DNA of 36,277 nucleotides from Trypethelium eluteriae. Taxonomy: Eukaryota. This document shows positions 11,554-23,995 of the stretch, piece after piece; within the stretch, counting starts at the first letter, position 1, and every line of letters starts with the position of its first letter. A program made the translations under genes and the position numbers. The notes beneath the pieces were generated by a model. The model did not search any database. It was given only the letters and a program-made list of their open reading frames with translations, and was not told the origin of the DNA. The DNA lies in assembly GCA_051942245.1 (NCBI GenBank), contig JAVECL010000205.1, forward strand, positions 1-36,277, read 5' to 3'.

Positions 11554-12108
11554 CTATGAAAATCGTATCCTTGCTTTTACTCTTCTCAATAGTCTTTCAA
11601 AAAAGGACAAATTTGGCGCTTGCTCAATCTCATGGGATAGGCGATGATAATAGGTCGGATCAAAGGTTGGATTCATCAATCTTTTTGAGACGGGGTACTA
11701 TTGGCCGCGCGTGTTAGCATTATCCATACCATACTCAATCGTATGAATCAGATAATGATCTGACTTGTGGGAAATGTTTACCTGCTTAGAGTATCGATTA
11801 TCTAGTAGTGAGTAAAGAGCATTGATTTGTCTCAATTCTGCGCCTTCGCTGAACGCGGTTTGCTTAAGGCTAGGGGAAGATGCTGGCGATCCTGATGCTG
11901 GCGATCCTACTGCTGGTTCTGGGTTTTGATTTTCTAGGCGCTTTTGAAGGGGTTTTTGGAATGAGACCGTGGGCCGTAGCAGGTCCTTTGGCCATGCTTG
12001 GAGGATGCGCTCATAGTGTTTTGCAGCGATCTGCGATGGTAGAGATTAGCACGGACGAGGTTTTGGGAATTGTGGCAAGGGTAATTGTAAACGCACGGCG
12101 CGAGACAT
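11554..12108 (-). CDS. CBP6: Cbp6 (UQCC2-like) mitochondrial cytochrome b translation/assembly factor, 3 exons, about 134 aa
   Basis: Exons 12108-12097, 12030-11782 and 11697-11554, with GTGCGT..CTAAT..CAG and GTAAAC..CTAAC..TAG introns. Product MSRAIAAKHYERILQAWPKDLLRPTVSFQ...ELRQINALYSLLDNRYSKQYPVSKRLMNPTFDPTYYHRLSHEIEQAPNLSFFERLLRRVKARIRFS. The WPxDxLRP and NALYSLLxNRY..Y motifs match my recollection of the Cbp6 family. Confidence 0.85.
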
Positions 12109-12434
12109 GGTTGAGGGTGTTTTTTGAAAGGATGCGCCAAAGGCGAAATCACCTGAATTGTTATACAAGATGACCGGTGATAACTTTTTCGAGGTCGTCA
12201 TATGTAGTCTCTATCCAATCAAGTCGCGTCGTGATGACCGGGTGGGCTCACTCCTGGCTCAAAGCGGCGGTGGCTCAGCACCACCTGCTCCTCCATCTGT
12301 TCCATGTCGTTCCAGATACCTGACCGTCGCGGCCCTTTCACATCACTCATACCTTCCCTGGCTCCTCTTCAGCCCTGATCTTTACCACTCTTTTCTTTCC
12401 ATTCTGAACTCTTCCATTCTTCCAGAGGCTCGAC

Positions 12435-13727
12435 ATGAGCTCTCACGGAAGATACGAGAGGGTATGTTACTCTCGCCACTCCTCACCAACAACACCTTAC
12501 CCCGGACGACCCAACTCAGGGTCACTTTCAAGGCTACGATAGAGAATATGGCTGATATGCAATTTCAGGTCGCGGCGCAAGATGATGATAGCTCTCCAGT
12601 AACGCCTACGTCCCCTATGCCACGTCAACACTCGATACCCAACTCCCCACCGCCGTCATTCCGATCTCGCGCTTCCTCTCCTCAATCAAGACGACACTCA
12701 ATCTCCTCACATGATCCTTTGCGCTCAGAAGCCGAACGAACACTGGCAGACACGTTTGATGTACCTTCCGACGATGACTCAGACGATGAGAACGAGAATG
12801 GAGATGATAGACAGCGACTCATGCGTGGCAATCCTTCGGCGAGTGGCAGCGGCGAGGCAGAAGATGAAGATGTAAGACCTGGCCAAATACAAAGAAGAGT
12901 CACGGAGTTGCCCACCTTTGTCCCTCCGGCCACATCTGGAACAAATGGACCGGTATACGGTGGAGGCAATAATGTTCACGATGGCGTGTTTGCGAATCTT
13001 AGCGCCAAGCCAACACGGGGCGAAGAACTAGATGAGAAGCCACCGGTATGTCAAGCCTCACTTACACAAGGACTTCCTCTCTGCGTCATGTTATGCTGAC
13101 TAGTCAATACAGACCTACGAGCAAGCTGCTGCCGACGCCACTCCCCCTTACTGGGAGACCACCATCCTCGCGCCTGGCATGGTAAGCGACGAAGTCTTCG
13201 TCGACGGTCTCCCTGTCGGCTCCGTCTTCTCCTTCGTCTGGAATGGCATGATCAGCATGTCCTTCCAGCTCGTCGGCTTCCTTCTTACCTACCTCCTGCA
13301 CACCACGCACGCCGCCAAGAACGGATCCCGCGCCGGGCTCGGAATTACTCTTGTCCAGTATGGCTTTACGATGAAAGGGGCATCAAGCGGTCCCTCGCCC
13401 AACCCAAGCGATCCTGCGAACGGTGGACAGCCTGGTGGGGATTTCGGTGGTTCGCCTCCGGATCCGAATTCGCATGATTTCAACCCGGGGGATGTCGGAC
13501 CGGATGGGTCGATGCCGACGGGTGAGGTGCCTGGTGGCTTGGGCGGGATTTCGTCGAATGACTGGATGGCATACGCGTTGATGGTCATCGGGTGGTTCAT
13601 CCTCATCAGAGCTGTGAGCGATTTCTTACGGGCGAGACGGCACGAGCAGCTAGTCTTACAGAGTCCGGATCGCGGTCTCGGCACTCCCGTTGTAGCAGAG
13701 GGAGAGAGGCCAGAGACAAGTGTTTGA
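12435..13727 (+). CDS. BSD2: Metal homeostasis protein Bsd2 (Rsp5/NEDD4 adaptor), 3 exons
   Basis: ATG 12435 (MSSHGRYER), introns 12462-12568 and 13046-13112. Motifs DGVFANLSAKP, PPTYEQAAADATPPYWETT (PY motif), DGLPVGSVFSFVWN and LLHTTHAAKNGSRAGLG. Confidence 0.93.
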
Positions 13728-14249
13728 GCAAGATAGAATCGCTCACGGTAGGCCCTGGAATCAGTGAGGGCGAACCCTGTCAGCGTTTGCACGATAGCGA
13801 AGGAGTGCGTTGGGGTGATCGGCGCGTTGTCGGAGATTCTTTGGGCTGGTCTTCTCCCCCGTTTCGTTAATAGGGTCTTGGGGCTGTAGGTGTCACGGGA
13901 GTTGGCCTATCTGCAGCAAGCATGTCGCATTGTTCCCTGTGTCCATCTCAATACTGTGTGTGCAAAATCAATCAAAGACACGGCGCAGGTCTCATCTGGC
14001 TATGTTCAAGCAGCACATCTCCACCGTTTTATATCTTTTTTGGATTCCGACCGCGAAACATTTTCGCCGTTTGACCCAAGAGAAAGTAAAATTATACAAG
14101 TCCAGTCTCTTGCCATGTCGAGAAAGGCATGAGTATTGCCCCAAATGTCCACAACATCAAATACGCTTCAATCCAGAGTCCCTATACAGACCCATTCCAA
14201 ATACAAGAAATAGAGAAGATAAATTTGAGCTTCATTTCCCTTCCTCCAT

Positions 14250-15234
14250 TCAAGGTCCAAGTCTCTGCCCCGACGGACCCGTCCCCCTAAACCTCGACGT
14301 CCCCGCCTCCACATCCTCATCCGAGCCGCCCATACTTGGCAACACCCCGTACCGGCCATAGATCTTCTGATCCACACTCACATAATGCGGCAGTCTCCCT
14401 AACAAATTCAGCTTGCCCTCGATCCAGCGCAGCGGCCGCTCTGGCGGGCCCAAGAACTTCAGCACTCCGCTCCCCCATCCGTACCCCACCGCGCACCCGC
14501 AGAGGTGACCCAGCAGCGAGGTTCCCGGGATGAAGATCCAGATGAGGAGGGCGGCGAGGAGCGGAGACGCCCAGGTCGGGAAGTGCAGCGAGGGAGAGGT
14601 GATGGGGATAACGAAATACGGGTTCGTGCGGTAGGTGGCGTAGGCGGTGGAGGAGAGGAGGAGGAAGATCCAGATGCTGGAGCCGCAGACGGCGGCGTTG
14701 GTGGAGAGGTGAGTGAGGAGGGTGAGGCCTGTGTAGATGAGGCCGGGGATGAGACAGAAGGCTGTTGGGGGTGGGGATGTTAGCCTTGGGAGAGGTTCTC
14801 TTTTCTTTTGGGGAGAGGGAGAGGATGAGATATGAGAGGGAACGTACGACCAGTGAAGAGCACAAGGGTGACGATAGTGCCGTTTTCGGATTCGAAGTTA
14901 GTCAGGAGAGGCGTAAGTGCGAGGAGGTTGAGGACGAGATGGATGAGTGAAAGATGGAAGAACGGGTAGGTAGATAGTCGATTGACTAGGTTTCCATAAA
15001 TTTAGCCTATGGCGACGGTAATCGTTTGAAGTCGGTCATCTGAGTTCGACACTCACGAGTTGCCAAATTAGTCTCTGCTGGAAGCAAGCACCCCCAATCT
15101 CGTAGGCTCGGTAAACGTTGACCCAGAATCGAAATGAAAAAGATGGACAAGACAAGAAGTCGAGTCGCAAGCGGAATTCTATTCAAATATGACCGGATCC
15201 TAGCAGGGCTCACCTGCCAGGAGGATTGTGCCAT
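14250..15234 (-). CDS. RBD2: Rhomboid protease Rbd2, 3 exons
   Basis: Spliced product ...LNRLSTYPFFHLSLIHLVLNLLALTPLL..FESENGT...VCGSSIWIF (GxS)...GTSLLGHLCG (catalytic His)...PPERPLRWIEGKLNLLGRLPHYVSVDQKIYGRYGVLP. First intron 15056-14986. Confidence 0.9.
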
Positions 15235-15411
15235 ATGGCGTTGCGGAGGATGGCGGAGGTGAGGGAGGAAGAAATGGGAGAGGAAGACGGGATGACGCTC
15301 AATCGCAGTCGCGTGCTCCCAGAATCGCGTTTTCGTCTAGTACAAATTTCCGATCTCTTCAATAATGAACGAAATGACATAATGCTTGCTTGAACACACG
15401 CTTCGAAAACT

Positions 15412-17568
15412 ATGTCGCTAGTAGGTGAGTCCAATCAAGTCAATTAAAACCGGATGTATCGTATGCGCAACAGTACTGACCCCTAACCAGCTCGACTACT
15501 GGCCCTGAGAAACGATCCGCGAGCCCAAAAGGCGCCGCCCTTTCTTTCAGCATTGTGCGTCATTGTTGGCGTAGTCTGGCTTCTGATACTGCCCTTAAAC
15601 GAATATTCGAGACAGACATATGTCTCCGAGAATGCATTGCTTCCGGGGCAGGTTCACACCTACTTTGGTGGAAGTGAGCACAACATCTTTCGAGCATATA
15701 GGCAAGAGGTAGCAGCTTTGGGTGACAAGACGGATGAGGAGTATGCCGGAGTCATTTCACTATCTGACAGTCTTAGCTATCGCTTACATTTAGATTAGAC
15801 GAACGGAAAAGTTAGCGGAGTTCTTCAAAACCTGCGGTCTTAGAGTAGCTCGTCAAACGTATCGATATACGGCTGCCGGGAAAAACATCACAGGCCAAAA
15901 TGTCTACGCTGTGCTACAAGGCCCGAGAGCAGATGCGACGGAGGCTGTTGTCCTCATTGGGGCTTGGAGGAATATGGACCATGTACTCAATCAGAGCGGG
16001 GTGGCTCTTGTCCTTACCATGGCCAGATATTTCAAGAGTAATCAACTTGCTTCCCGCCCAAAACAGTATGAGTCTGGCTAATGGAAGCGGCAGGATGGTC
16101 ATTATGGTCTAAAGATATCATCTTCCTGATCGCCGGGGATAGCACGGCCGGACCTCAGGCCTGGGTGGATGCCTACCATGATGCACACTCACCCACTACT
16201 GTCGAGTCTTTGACCCTAAAATCCGGTGCCCTCCAAGGCGCTGTCGCGGTCGACTATCCTGCAGGAACATGGGGCCATCGCTTTGACAAGCTTCACATCA
16301 TCTATGACGGAATAAATGGCCAATTATCCAACCTTGATCTCTTCAATACGGCCGTATCTATTGCAAGTGGTCAAATGGGCATTGGCTGTACACTTCAACG
16401 CATGTGGAAGCATGATGACACCTACCAAGAGCGGTTGGAGACTATGCTAAGAGGGATGCTAAGTCAAGGTTTGGGACACGCTTCGGGCCCTCACAGCAGC
16501 TTCATCCCGTACCACGTCGACGCAATTACTCTGCAGACCATTGGTGACGGTTGGCAAGATGAGATGAGCCTTGGTCGTACTGTCGAAAGCATGTTTCGAA
16601 GTCTGAACAATCTGCTAGAGCATCTCCATCAGAGTTTCTTCTTCTACTTGCTTATGCAAGCGAACCGATTCGTGAGTATTGGCACATATCTCCCAAGTGC
16701 CATGCTTGTTGCGGTTAATTTCACTATCACGTCGATTGCATTGTGGGTGCAGAGCGGTCGGCCGAAGCAGTCCACCAAGGTTGGCATACCAGAACCAAAG
16801 GAGAAGAAAGGAGTGAAGGAAGATCTGACCGTTCTCAAACAAGACGGCATGGTTGCACTGGTGCCTACAGAAACGCTCGAAGTGACGGAACGACAACTAT
16901 TTTTACCATTGACTTTCGTATGTGCCGTGCACTTTCTAGGACTCATTCCTCTTTATGTCTTCAACAATACATTTGAAAGTGTAAGTCAATTACCCCAATC
17001 TGTTTCGCCAACTTGATCAACCATCTAATAAATGCTTGACACATAGTCTCTCACCAGCACATTCACAGTCTCTACTGCCATTACTCTTATCCTTCCCCCT
17101 CTTAGTTCCCTTTTCTTCACCACTCTCCGTACACCTACCCGCCAAGACGTCACTCTCCTCTCGTGCTTCTCCCTCCTACTCCTCGGTATGTTCCTTTCTG
17201 CTCTCGCGACCCTCAACTTCTCGCTCGCCTTCCTCGTCGGCCTTGCTACTGCTCCTTTATCATTCGTCCATCTCTGCATCCCGACGTCTACTAATGGCAC
17301 TTCTCCGCCGTCATCCAATCGACTGATACCACGGATCGTATGCGTGGCAGTGGTGTTCTTACTCGCCGCGCTAAGCCCCCTAACTCTGACGTTCGCGGTT
17401 GCCTGGGCGACTGAGGTGCACGTAACAGAAGTCTTAACAGCTGCCAGTGTGGGTTGGCATGTGCATGGACTGTGGACACAGGTCGTGGTCTGGCTCTTGT
17501 GGTGGCCCGCGTGGTTCATTGGGTCCGTTGTGGCTTGGCTGGGTGCCACAGGATCTTTGCAAGATTGA
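15412..17568 (+). CDS. GAA1: GPI transamidase component Gaa1, multi-exon
   Basis: ATG 15412 (MSLVARLL..). Motifs YSRQTYVSENALLPGQ, PRADATEA, SLWSKDIIF, YDGINGQLSNLDLFN, RSLNNLLEHLHQSFFFYLL, FVSIGTYLPSAML and LATLNFSLAF, with C-terminal TM helices. Confidence 0.95.
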
Positions 17569-17673
17569 TAGACCAAAATTCGCGAGCTTATCGCGCCATC
17601 CGTAAATACTCGTTACTCTACATCTATCTTACATGCTAATGGCATATTATCAATACAAAAATTTTCGAGCTGC

Positions 17674-18782
17674 TTACGGCGAGGGAGTAGCCGCAGGACC
17701 AGCCTCTGTCTCTTTTTGATTGGAACTCGTCCATTTTCGATCAGGACTCTTCTGCAAGTCGTCCAGACCCGAGCCCTTCTGATTTGAACTTATCTGTTGT
17801 GAATCCAGTTCGGGTACTTTCCAAGATGTCACCGGTTTCTGTCCTCCAGAATCCATTTCTGGCGGCGTCATAACACCCAATTCTGCAACATGCTTTGACG
17901 CACTATCGAGCTCCGGCTTGTCCACTAGCCCTCCCTTCGTCGCCGCTTGCAGCTGTGCTTCCAACTCCTTTCTTGATTTCTCCTTCCGGCGCAGTCTCCA
18001 CACCAGGACAGCTAAAGCGGCTGCGAGGATGGCTCCAAGTGGAACTCCTATGCCGATACCAATCTTCGCACCTCGACTATTAGCGCTATGGACGGGACTC
18101 GCTGTCGGGGTTGACCCGGACTCTGGAACGGAGGAGAATGCTGATATCGCCGTAGACCCGGCCGTGGTCAGTCCCGCTGGTGTTGTGGTAGCCTCCGTGC
18201 TGGAAGGGTTCCCTATGGTGGCTGAGTCGATCTGGAAAACGGCGGTCGCGGTGAAGCAGCATCGGAGAGATTCTTGTTCAGATTCGCAACAGGCGCTTGC
18301 GGTTGTGCCATACCCTTGTCCTGGGCCGCAGTCCCATACATGGACCGGATTATGGGCGAAATTGTAGGCGGAAGCGTTGATAGCCGAATCTTGATCTGGA
18401 TGGGAGAAATGGTTTGCCATGAATTTCTAGACAACTGGGGAATACGGATGCATATCGCCAGAGAGGCGAGAGACAGAAGCCTAGAGCTTGGGCGTCACTT
18501 ACTGAATCGACACTGCTGGGGACAAATTTCAGATTTCCATGACTCGTCGGTACACGTCCCTCTTCCAAGGCTTATACCCGAATTGTTCGTAACATCTAAT
18601 CCACAGAATCCATTCGTTAGACATAAATTTCCCGGCCCACAGCACATGCTGACTTCCGCGTTACTATCGCAAGGCTCATCGCCCTTGCTAACGCTTCCAT
18701 CAGGGAAGTAGCATGTCCCATTGTTCTTGGCTTGACAGAAAGCGGAAAAGAGAAAAAGGTGAACTAGGTGTCGTAAAAACAT
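17674..18782 (-). CDS. Single-pass cell-surface protein: signal peptide, Cys-rich domain, Ser/Thr stalk, TM helix, cytosolic tail (Mid2-like architecture)
   Basis: MFLRHLVHLFLFSAFCQA signal peptide; TCYFPDG...PC...SMCC....CLTNGFC...RGTCTDESWKS.ICPQQC; one GTAAGT..CAG intron; S/T-rich stalk; AKIGIGIGVPLGAILAAALAVLVW followed by RLRRK; ELDS/EMDS tail motifs. Confidence 0.85.
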
Positions 18783-19446
18783 TGGACTATCTAGACTGAA
18801 TGAAGCATGAAGCAATTGAAGGAATGAAAGTCAGAAAATGAGGGGGAGATTTTGTAGAGGCATAAAGGAGACCGGGTAACTCTGCAGCAGTACGTAACCA
18901 GAAACTATAAGTCTCATGGCATTCTCTAACAGCCGACTTTCTCGACATGGTATACCTCTTGAGACATCGCAAGGGGAGAAAGCCCTGATTTCAGTTGGTC
19001 GTATTTCATTGCCACAATAGGGTGCGTTCGGCCGAGCGGCAGCTGAAGACCACGAACAAAATCCGGGGACCCGTGTAAACTCCCCACTTGCAAGGAATAG
19101 CATTTAGAGATCGGCTGTAGGTACGGAAGCAAAAGCGGTCGCAGCGGTGTTGACGCAGACCTTAAAGTAGGGGCAGCTGCTGGAATCCAGCTGAGGCACG
19201 GTTCCAGAAATCTTCAAACCATCGAACAGTGAATGAAAATTTAGTGAGACCTACATAAAACACAAGCGTACTATTCACATGCATACAATGGTGCAGCCAC
19301 TCTGCGAAGAACCGAATTCCCCGAATCTTGAGTGCATCCGCTCTTCTTGTTTCCTCGTCTCCGTTGCATCCCCCTCGAACCCTCTTATCCACAACCTCCC
19401 AACGTCTTCTCATCTCAACGACTCGTGAAGAGAAACAAGGCTCTAC

Positions 19447-22122
19447 CTATGAATGCGCTTTGGCCATAGTGTTCAACGCGCTGCCATTCTTGAACCATTC
19501 TATCTGGCTTTCGTTGAAGGTGTGGGATAACGATACATCAAAAGTCTTTCCACCATCCGCAGGATGTACTCTCAGTGTCATCGGCTTGCCAACCGCAATT
19601 TGCGTGCACAAGAGGTCAACTCTGTCGTCAGGCTTGATCTTATCATAATCGGCGGGGTCGGAGAAAGTCAAAGGAAGTACGCCTTGCTTCTTGAGATTGG
19701 TCTCGTGGATACGGGCAAAGGATCGAGTGATGATTGCGATACCTCCGAGGTGACGAGGTTCGAGAGCGGCATGTTCACGGGATGAGCCTTCCCCGTAGTT
19801 CCAGTCGCCGACGACCACCCATTCGACGCCTTTCTTCTTGTAATCTCGAGCGGTGGCAGGGACTGCGCCCCATTCCCCAGTCGTTTCGTTCTTGACTTTG
19901 TTGGCCTCACCGTTGGCCTCATTGATCGCACCGATGAGCATGTTGTTCGAAATGTTGTCAAGATGACCTCGGTACTTGAGCCACGGTCCGGCCACTAAAT
20001 TTCAGGATCAGTCTTACGTGCTCTGATAAAGGTACCACAAATCAAACACTTACTGGAGATATGGTCCGTGGTTGTCTTGCCCTTGGTCTTGATCAAGATG
20101 GGCATGTCCAGCTTGTCTTTACCGTCCCAGCTTGGGAAAGGCTGAAGGACTTGGAGACGGTCCGAAGTAGGAGAGACGGCAACTTGGACGGTTGCGCGAT
20201 CCGAAGGAGGAGCCTGGTAGGTATCGGTACCAGGGTCATAGCCATTCCTTGGGAGAGCATCACCGGTGGGAGCAGTGAGCTTAAAGTCCTTTCCGTCCTT
20301 GTCCTTGAGTGTATCAGTAAGTGGGTTAAATTTCAGAGTACCGGCCAGGGTCATGGCAACAACGAGATCCGGAGAAGTGACAAAAGCATGAGTAGCAGGG
20401 TTAGCATCATTCCGGCCAGTGAAGTTACGATTGTAGGAGGAGATGATCGAGTTGGGCTCCCCCTTCTTGACATCTTTACGGTCCCATTGGCCAATGCAAG
20501 GACCGCATGCATTTGCGAGGACAAGACCGCCAAATTCCTCGAGCGTCTTCATCTGACCATCACGCTCGATAGTGGCACGGATTTGCTCAGATCCTGGTGT
20601 CACAGTGAACATGGACTTGGCCTTTACACCGTGATCTAAGGCATCTTGGGCAATTGAAGCTGCGCGAGACATGTCTTCGTAAGAAGAGTTAGTGCAAGAG
20701 CCGATCAAGCCCACCTTGAGCTCCTCTGGCCACTTATTGGTCTCGACAGCTTCCTTGAACTTGCCGATTGGAGTCGCAAGATCCGGCGTGAATGGACCAT
20801 TGATATGGGGTTCTAGTTCGGACAAGTTGATCTCGATGAGTTGGTCGTATTCTGCACCTTCGTCCTCATGTAGTTCTTGTGCATATGCGCGAGCAAAGTC
20901 ACCAATGTCCTTGCGCTTTGTTGCCACTAAGTAGTCGTACATGCGGTCGTTGAAGGGGAAGAGCGAGGTGGTTGCACCAATTTCGGCACTACAAAGTCAG
21001 TCAGTTTCCTGGACTTCCTCTTTCGTACACAGAAGAAAGTGATTGCTATACCCCATGTTACATATCGTTCCCATACCAGTGCAAGAAAGCGATTTCGTGC
21101 CGGGGCCGTGGTACTCAATGATGGCCCCAGTACCCCCCTTGACTGTGAGGATACCAGCAACCTTGAGGATGATATCTGGAGCACTGGTTAGCTCAAATAT
21201 CTCATTGGGACGCTCTTGGACTGTGTTTCAGAAGGATAGGTCTCAGAAGAATAGAAGCATCGGATAGCCGTTCTAGACAATCGGATGCAGTCCCTACCTT
21301 TTGGTGCAGTCCAGCCTGACATCTCCCCTGTGAGCCTAACACCAGTGACTTTCGGCGCCTTTAACTCCCAAGGAAGGTTTGCCATCACATCTACAGCATC
21401 GGCACCACCGACACCGATAGCAGCCATGCCAAGACCACCAGCATTGGGGGTGTGGGAGTCGGTTCCAATCATGAGTCCACCAGGGAAAGCGTAGTTCTCG
21501 AGGACGATCTGGTGAATAATTCCAGACCCTGGCTTCCAGAAACCAATGTTGTATTTGGCGCATGATGTCGATAGAAAGTCGTATACTTCTTTGTTGATAT
21601 TCTGTGCTCGCTCCAAATCCTTCTCTCCACCAATTTGTGCCTCAATAAGATGGTCACAATGGACCGTAGTAGGGGTAGCGACGGAAGGCATGCCTGCAGA
21701 CATGAACTGTAGAATTGCCATTTGAGCGGTTGCATCTTGGCATGCCACTCTATCGGGTCGAAGCTTCAGGTAGGATTTGCCACGTTCAATGTCTTGTCCA
21801 TGAGGGTCGTCCAAATGGGAATAGAGAATCTAGTCTACATTAGATCACATCATCCTTGAGATACACGGATGCATACCTTCTCAGCGTAGGTCAAGGGTCT
21901 GTTCAATCGTGATCGAACGATGGATAGGTTCTCGCTCATCTTCTGGTAGTTTATGTGATGACCCTTCTCCCAGTTGGTCATTTCGACCTTGCGGTTTAGA
22001 GGAGCATCGCTGACGGTCGCGAGGCCACGACGGCCAAGCTAAGAAGATACATCAGTCAAGTCGAGTGTGGTATGAGAAAAGAAGCATACCAGCTTCCTCG
22101 CAGCCGAGCGTGCAGTGAACAT
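19447..22122 (-). CDS. ACO1: Mitochondrial aconitate hydratase, multi-exon
   Basis: Presequence [20 protein letters not shown]. Motifs [69 protein letters not shown] and [10 protein letters not shown]. Confidence 0.98.
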
Positions 22123-22594
22123 CTTGGAAACCCCGCCAGGCAAAAGGGTGCGAATTGATCAATAGCTCATGTACAGACGAAGAGAAGCTGCAGTAGACCT
22201 GCACAGGATTCTCAGCGTCTCTTTGAGCAATTGATGTTGGAAGGGGAGAGGAGAGGAGATGGTGTCAATATGATGGTAGCAAGCTTTTGCGTGGAAGCTG
22301 TTGCCGCGATAACGACCGGGATGTAATTCCGTAATAATGCAAGCCCGAGGTATCTGTCTCAGACCACTCCACCCACTAATGCCCTCCCTTTTACACACCA
22401 CAAACTCACGTGAAACTCCCCGGTACCCTGGTAAGCGCCGCTTACCCGACTCAAAGCTCAATTTTTCCCACCATTTACCCAGCTTAGTAACCGTGATCAT
22501 TGAAAGTCCACCATCCAAGGGAAAAGTAGAAAAGGTTCTCGCAGACGCCATTTGCAAGTTCATTTCCCGGAGATAGTCCCGACCCTTAGCCAAA

Positions 22595-22979
22595 ATGCCC
22601 GCTATCCGTGGCTCAAAATCAAAATCTAAGACCAGGAGACGTGCCCGAGACCTGGATCAAATCCATGCAGATATCCGAGATGAGAAACATCTAACAGGAT
22701 ACACAAACACAAAGGCTGCTGAGGACCTCCCGGCACTGGGTGAATGGTACTGCAAGTCTTGCGCCAGGTGGTTTGAGAGTGGTAACAATTTGGAGGCGCA
22801 CCAGAAAAGCAAGAAACACAAAAAGATGTCAGTCATATCTGAAACTGAGAGTTTATTATCCTTCAGGCTAACATCTGGGCAGGGAGCGTCTTCTGAAAGA
22901 AGATCCATACACACAGAAAGAAGCTGAAGCTGCTGTCGGTTTGTGGACAGACAATGGAAAGCAAGACAGACCAGTCTGA
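22595..22979 (+). CDS. BUD20: Bud20/ZNF593 C2H2 zinc-finger pre-60S factor, 2 exons
   Basis: KTRRRARDLDQI...EDLPALGEWYCKSCARWF......HQKSKKHKK, intron GTCAGT..CTAAC..CAG, then ERLLKEDPYTQKEAEAAVGL. TGA at 22977-22979. Confidence 0.95.
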
Positions 22980-23995
22980 GAGGCAATCCTCGCCGACATT
23001 TGATGTCCATCTTGAAAAGCTCAAAAGCTGCCCGGATTTCCAGCCATTGAGATGGTCAGATCAATCGCTTCCAGTCTCATTTGGAGACTATTCCTGCAAA
23101 CAATCACCAATCCTCAAATCTCAGACATACGTTCATCCCTTTGCTACTATGTTGTCGGTCATGCTTCTACAGACCAACAGCTGTCCCGGACGAAAATGGC
23201 TTAAGCGCATCAACGCACATGAAAAAGCGCAGGGACACCTTGCTCTTGCTTTCGTCAAGGGTTCCTTCTAGCTCTTTTGACTTCTCGTTGTAGGTCAGCA
23301 GTAGGGATTGGTCACGTTCACGGCTCTGACTTGCCCCAGTACATTGCGTTGCCGATCAACAAACGCATGATGTCGAGAAACGGTCTATACTGCGTCGATG
23401 GCCCCGCAACGCTCTCGAGACTCCAATGCAGGATTTCTTGGTGAAAATAGAGGAGTGGAGATAGGATGGACTAGGACTATTGTCAGAGAATTCGTCGGAT
23501 TAGATCTCTTGAACCTCCAGAATACTACTCCTACTTCAAATTGTCAGGACAGCTCAAAAGCTTAATAAAAACAAGATGAGTTGCAAAGGTCGGGACAAGG
23601 GTCTCAGCAATCTTGTCTGCGAGGCTTCAGTAGCCTCGTCGATTTCTCCATAAATTCCCACTACTCTACTCCAAACCCCACAAAAGTACCATCCCACCAT
23701 GTAAATTTTTCACAACTGGACTCTGATAAAAGCCAACGACATTATATTATGGATTGCAACACATTGCAAGATGTGCGGTTGTGCTTAGTAAGAATATGTA
23801 TTTTCCAAGCTGTAGCGTCAAGTGATGCCTGTGTGCCTGATTGCTTCTGCCTACAACACGACGAGTACTGCCTACGGTCTAAGCTACGAAAGCCGAATAA
23901 ATTCTACAGTGATGTGTCGGACTCATGGGAAATGTCTATCTATCTCCCATCATTTCTCCTACTGAAGCCCACTACTTCTCAGCTTAAGCATAGAG

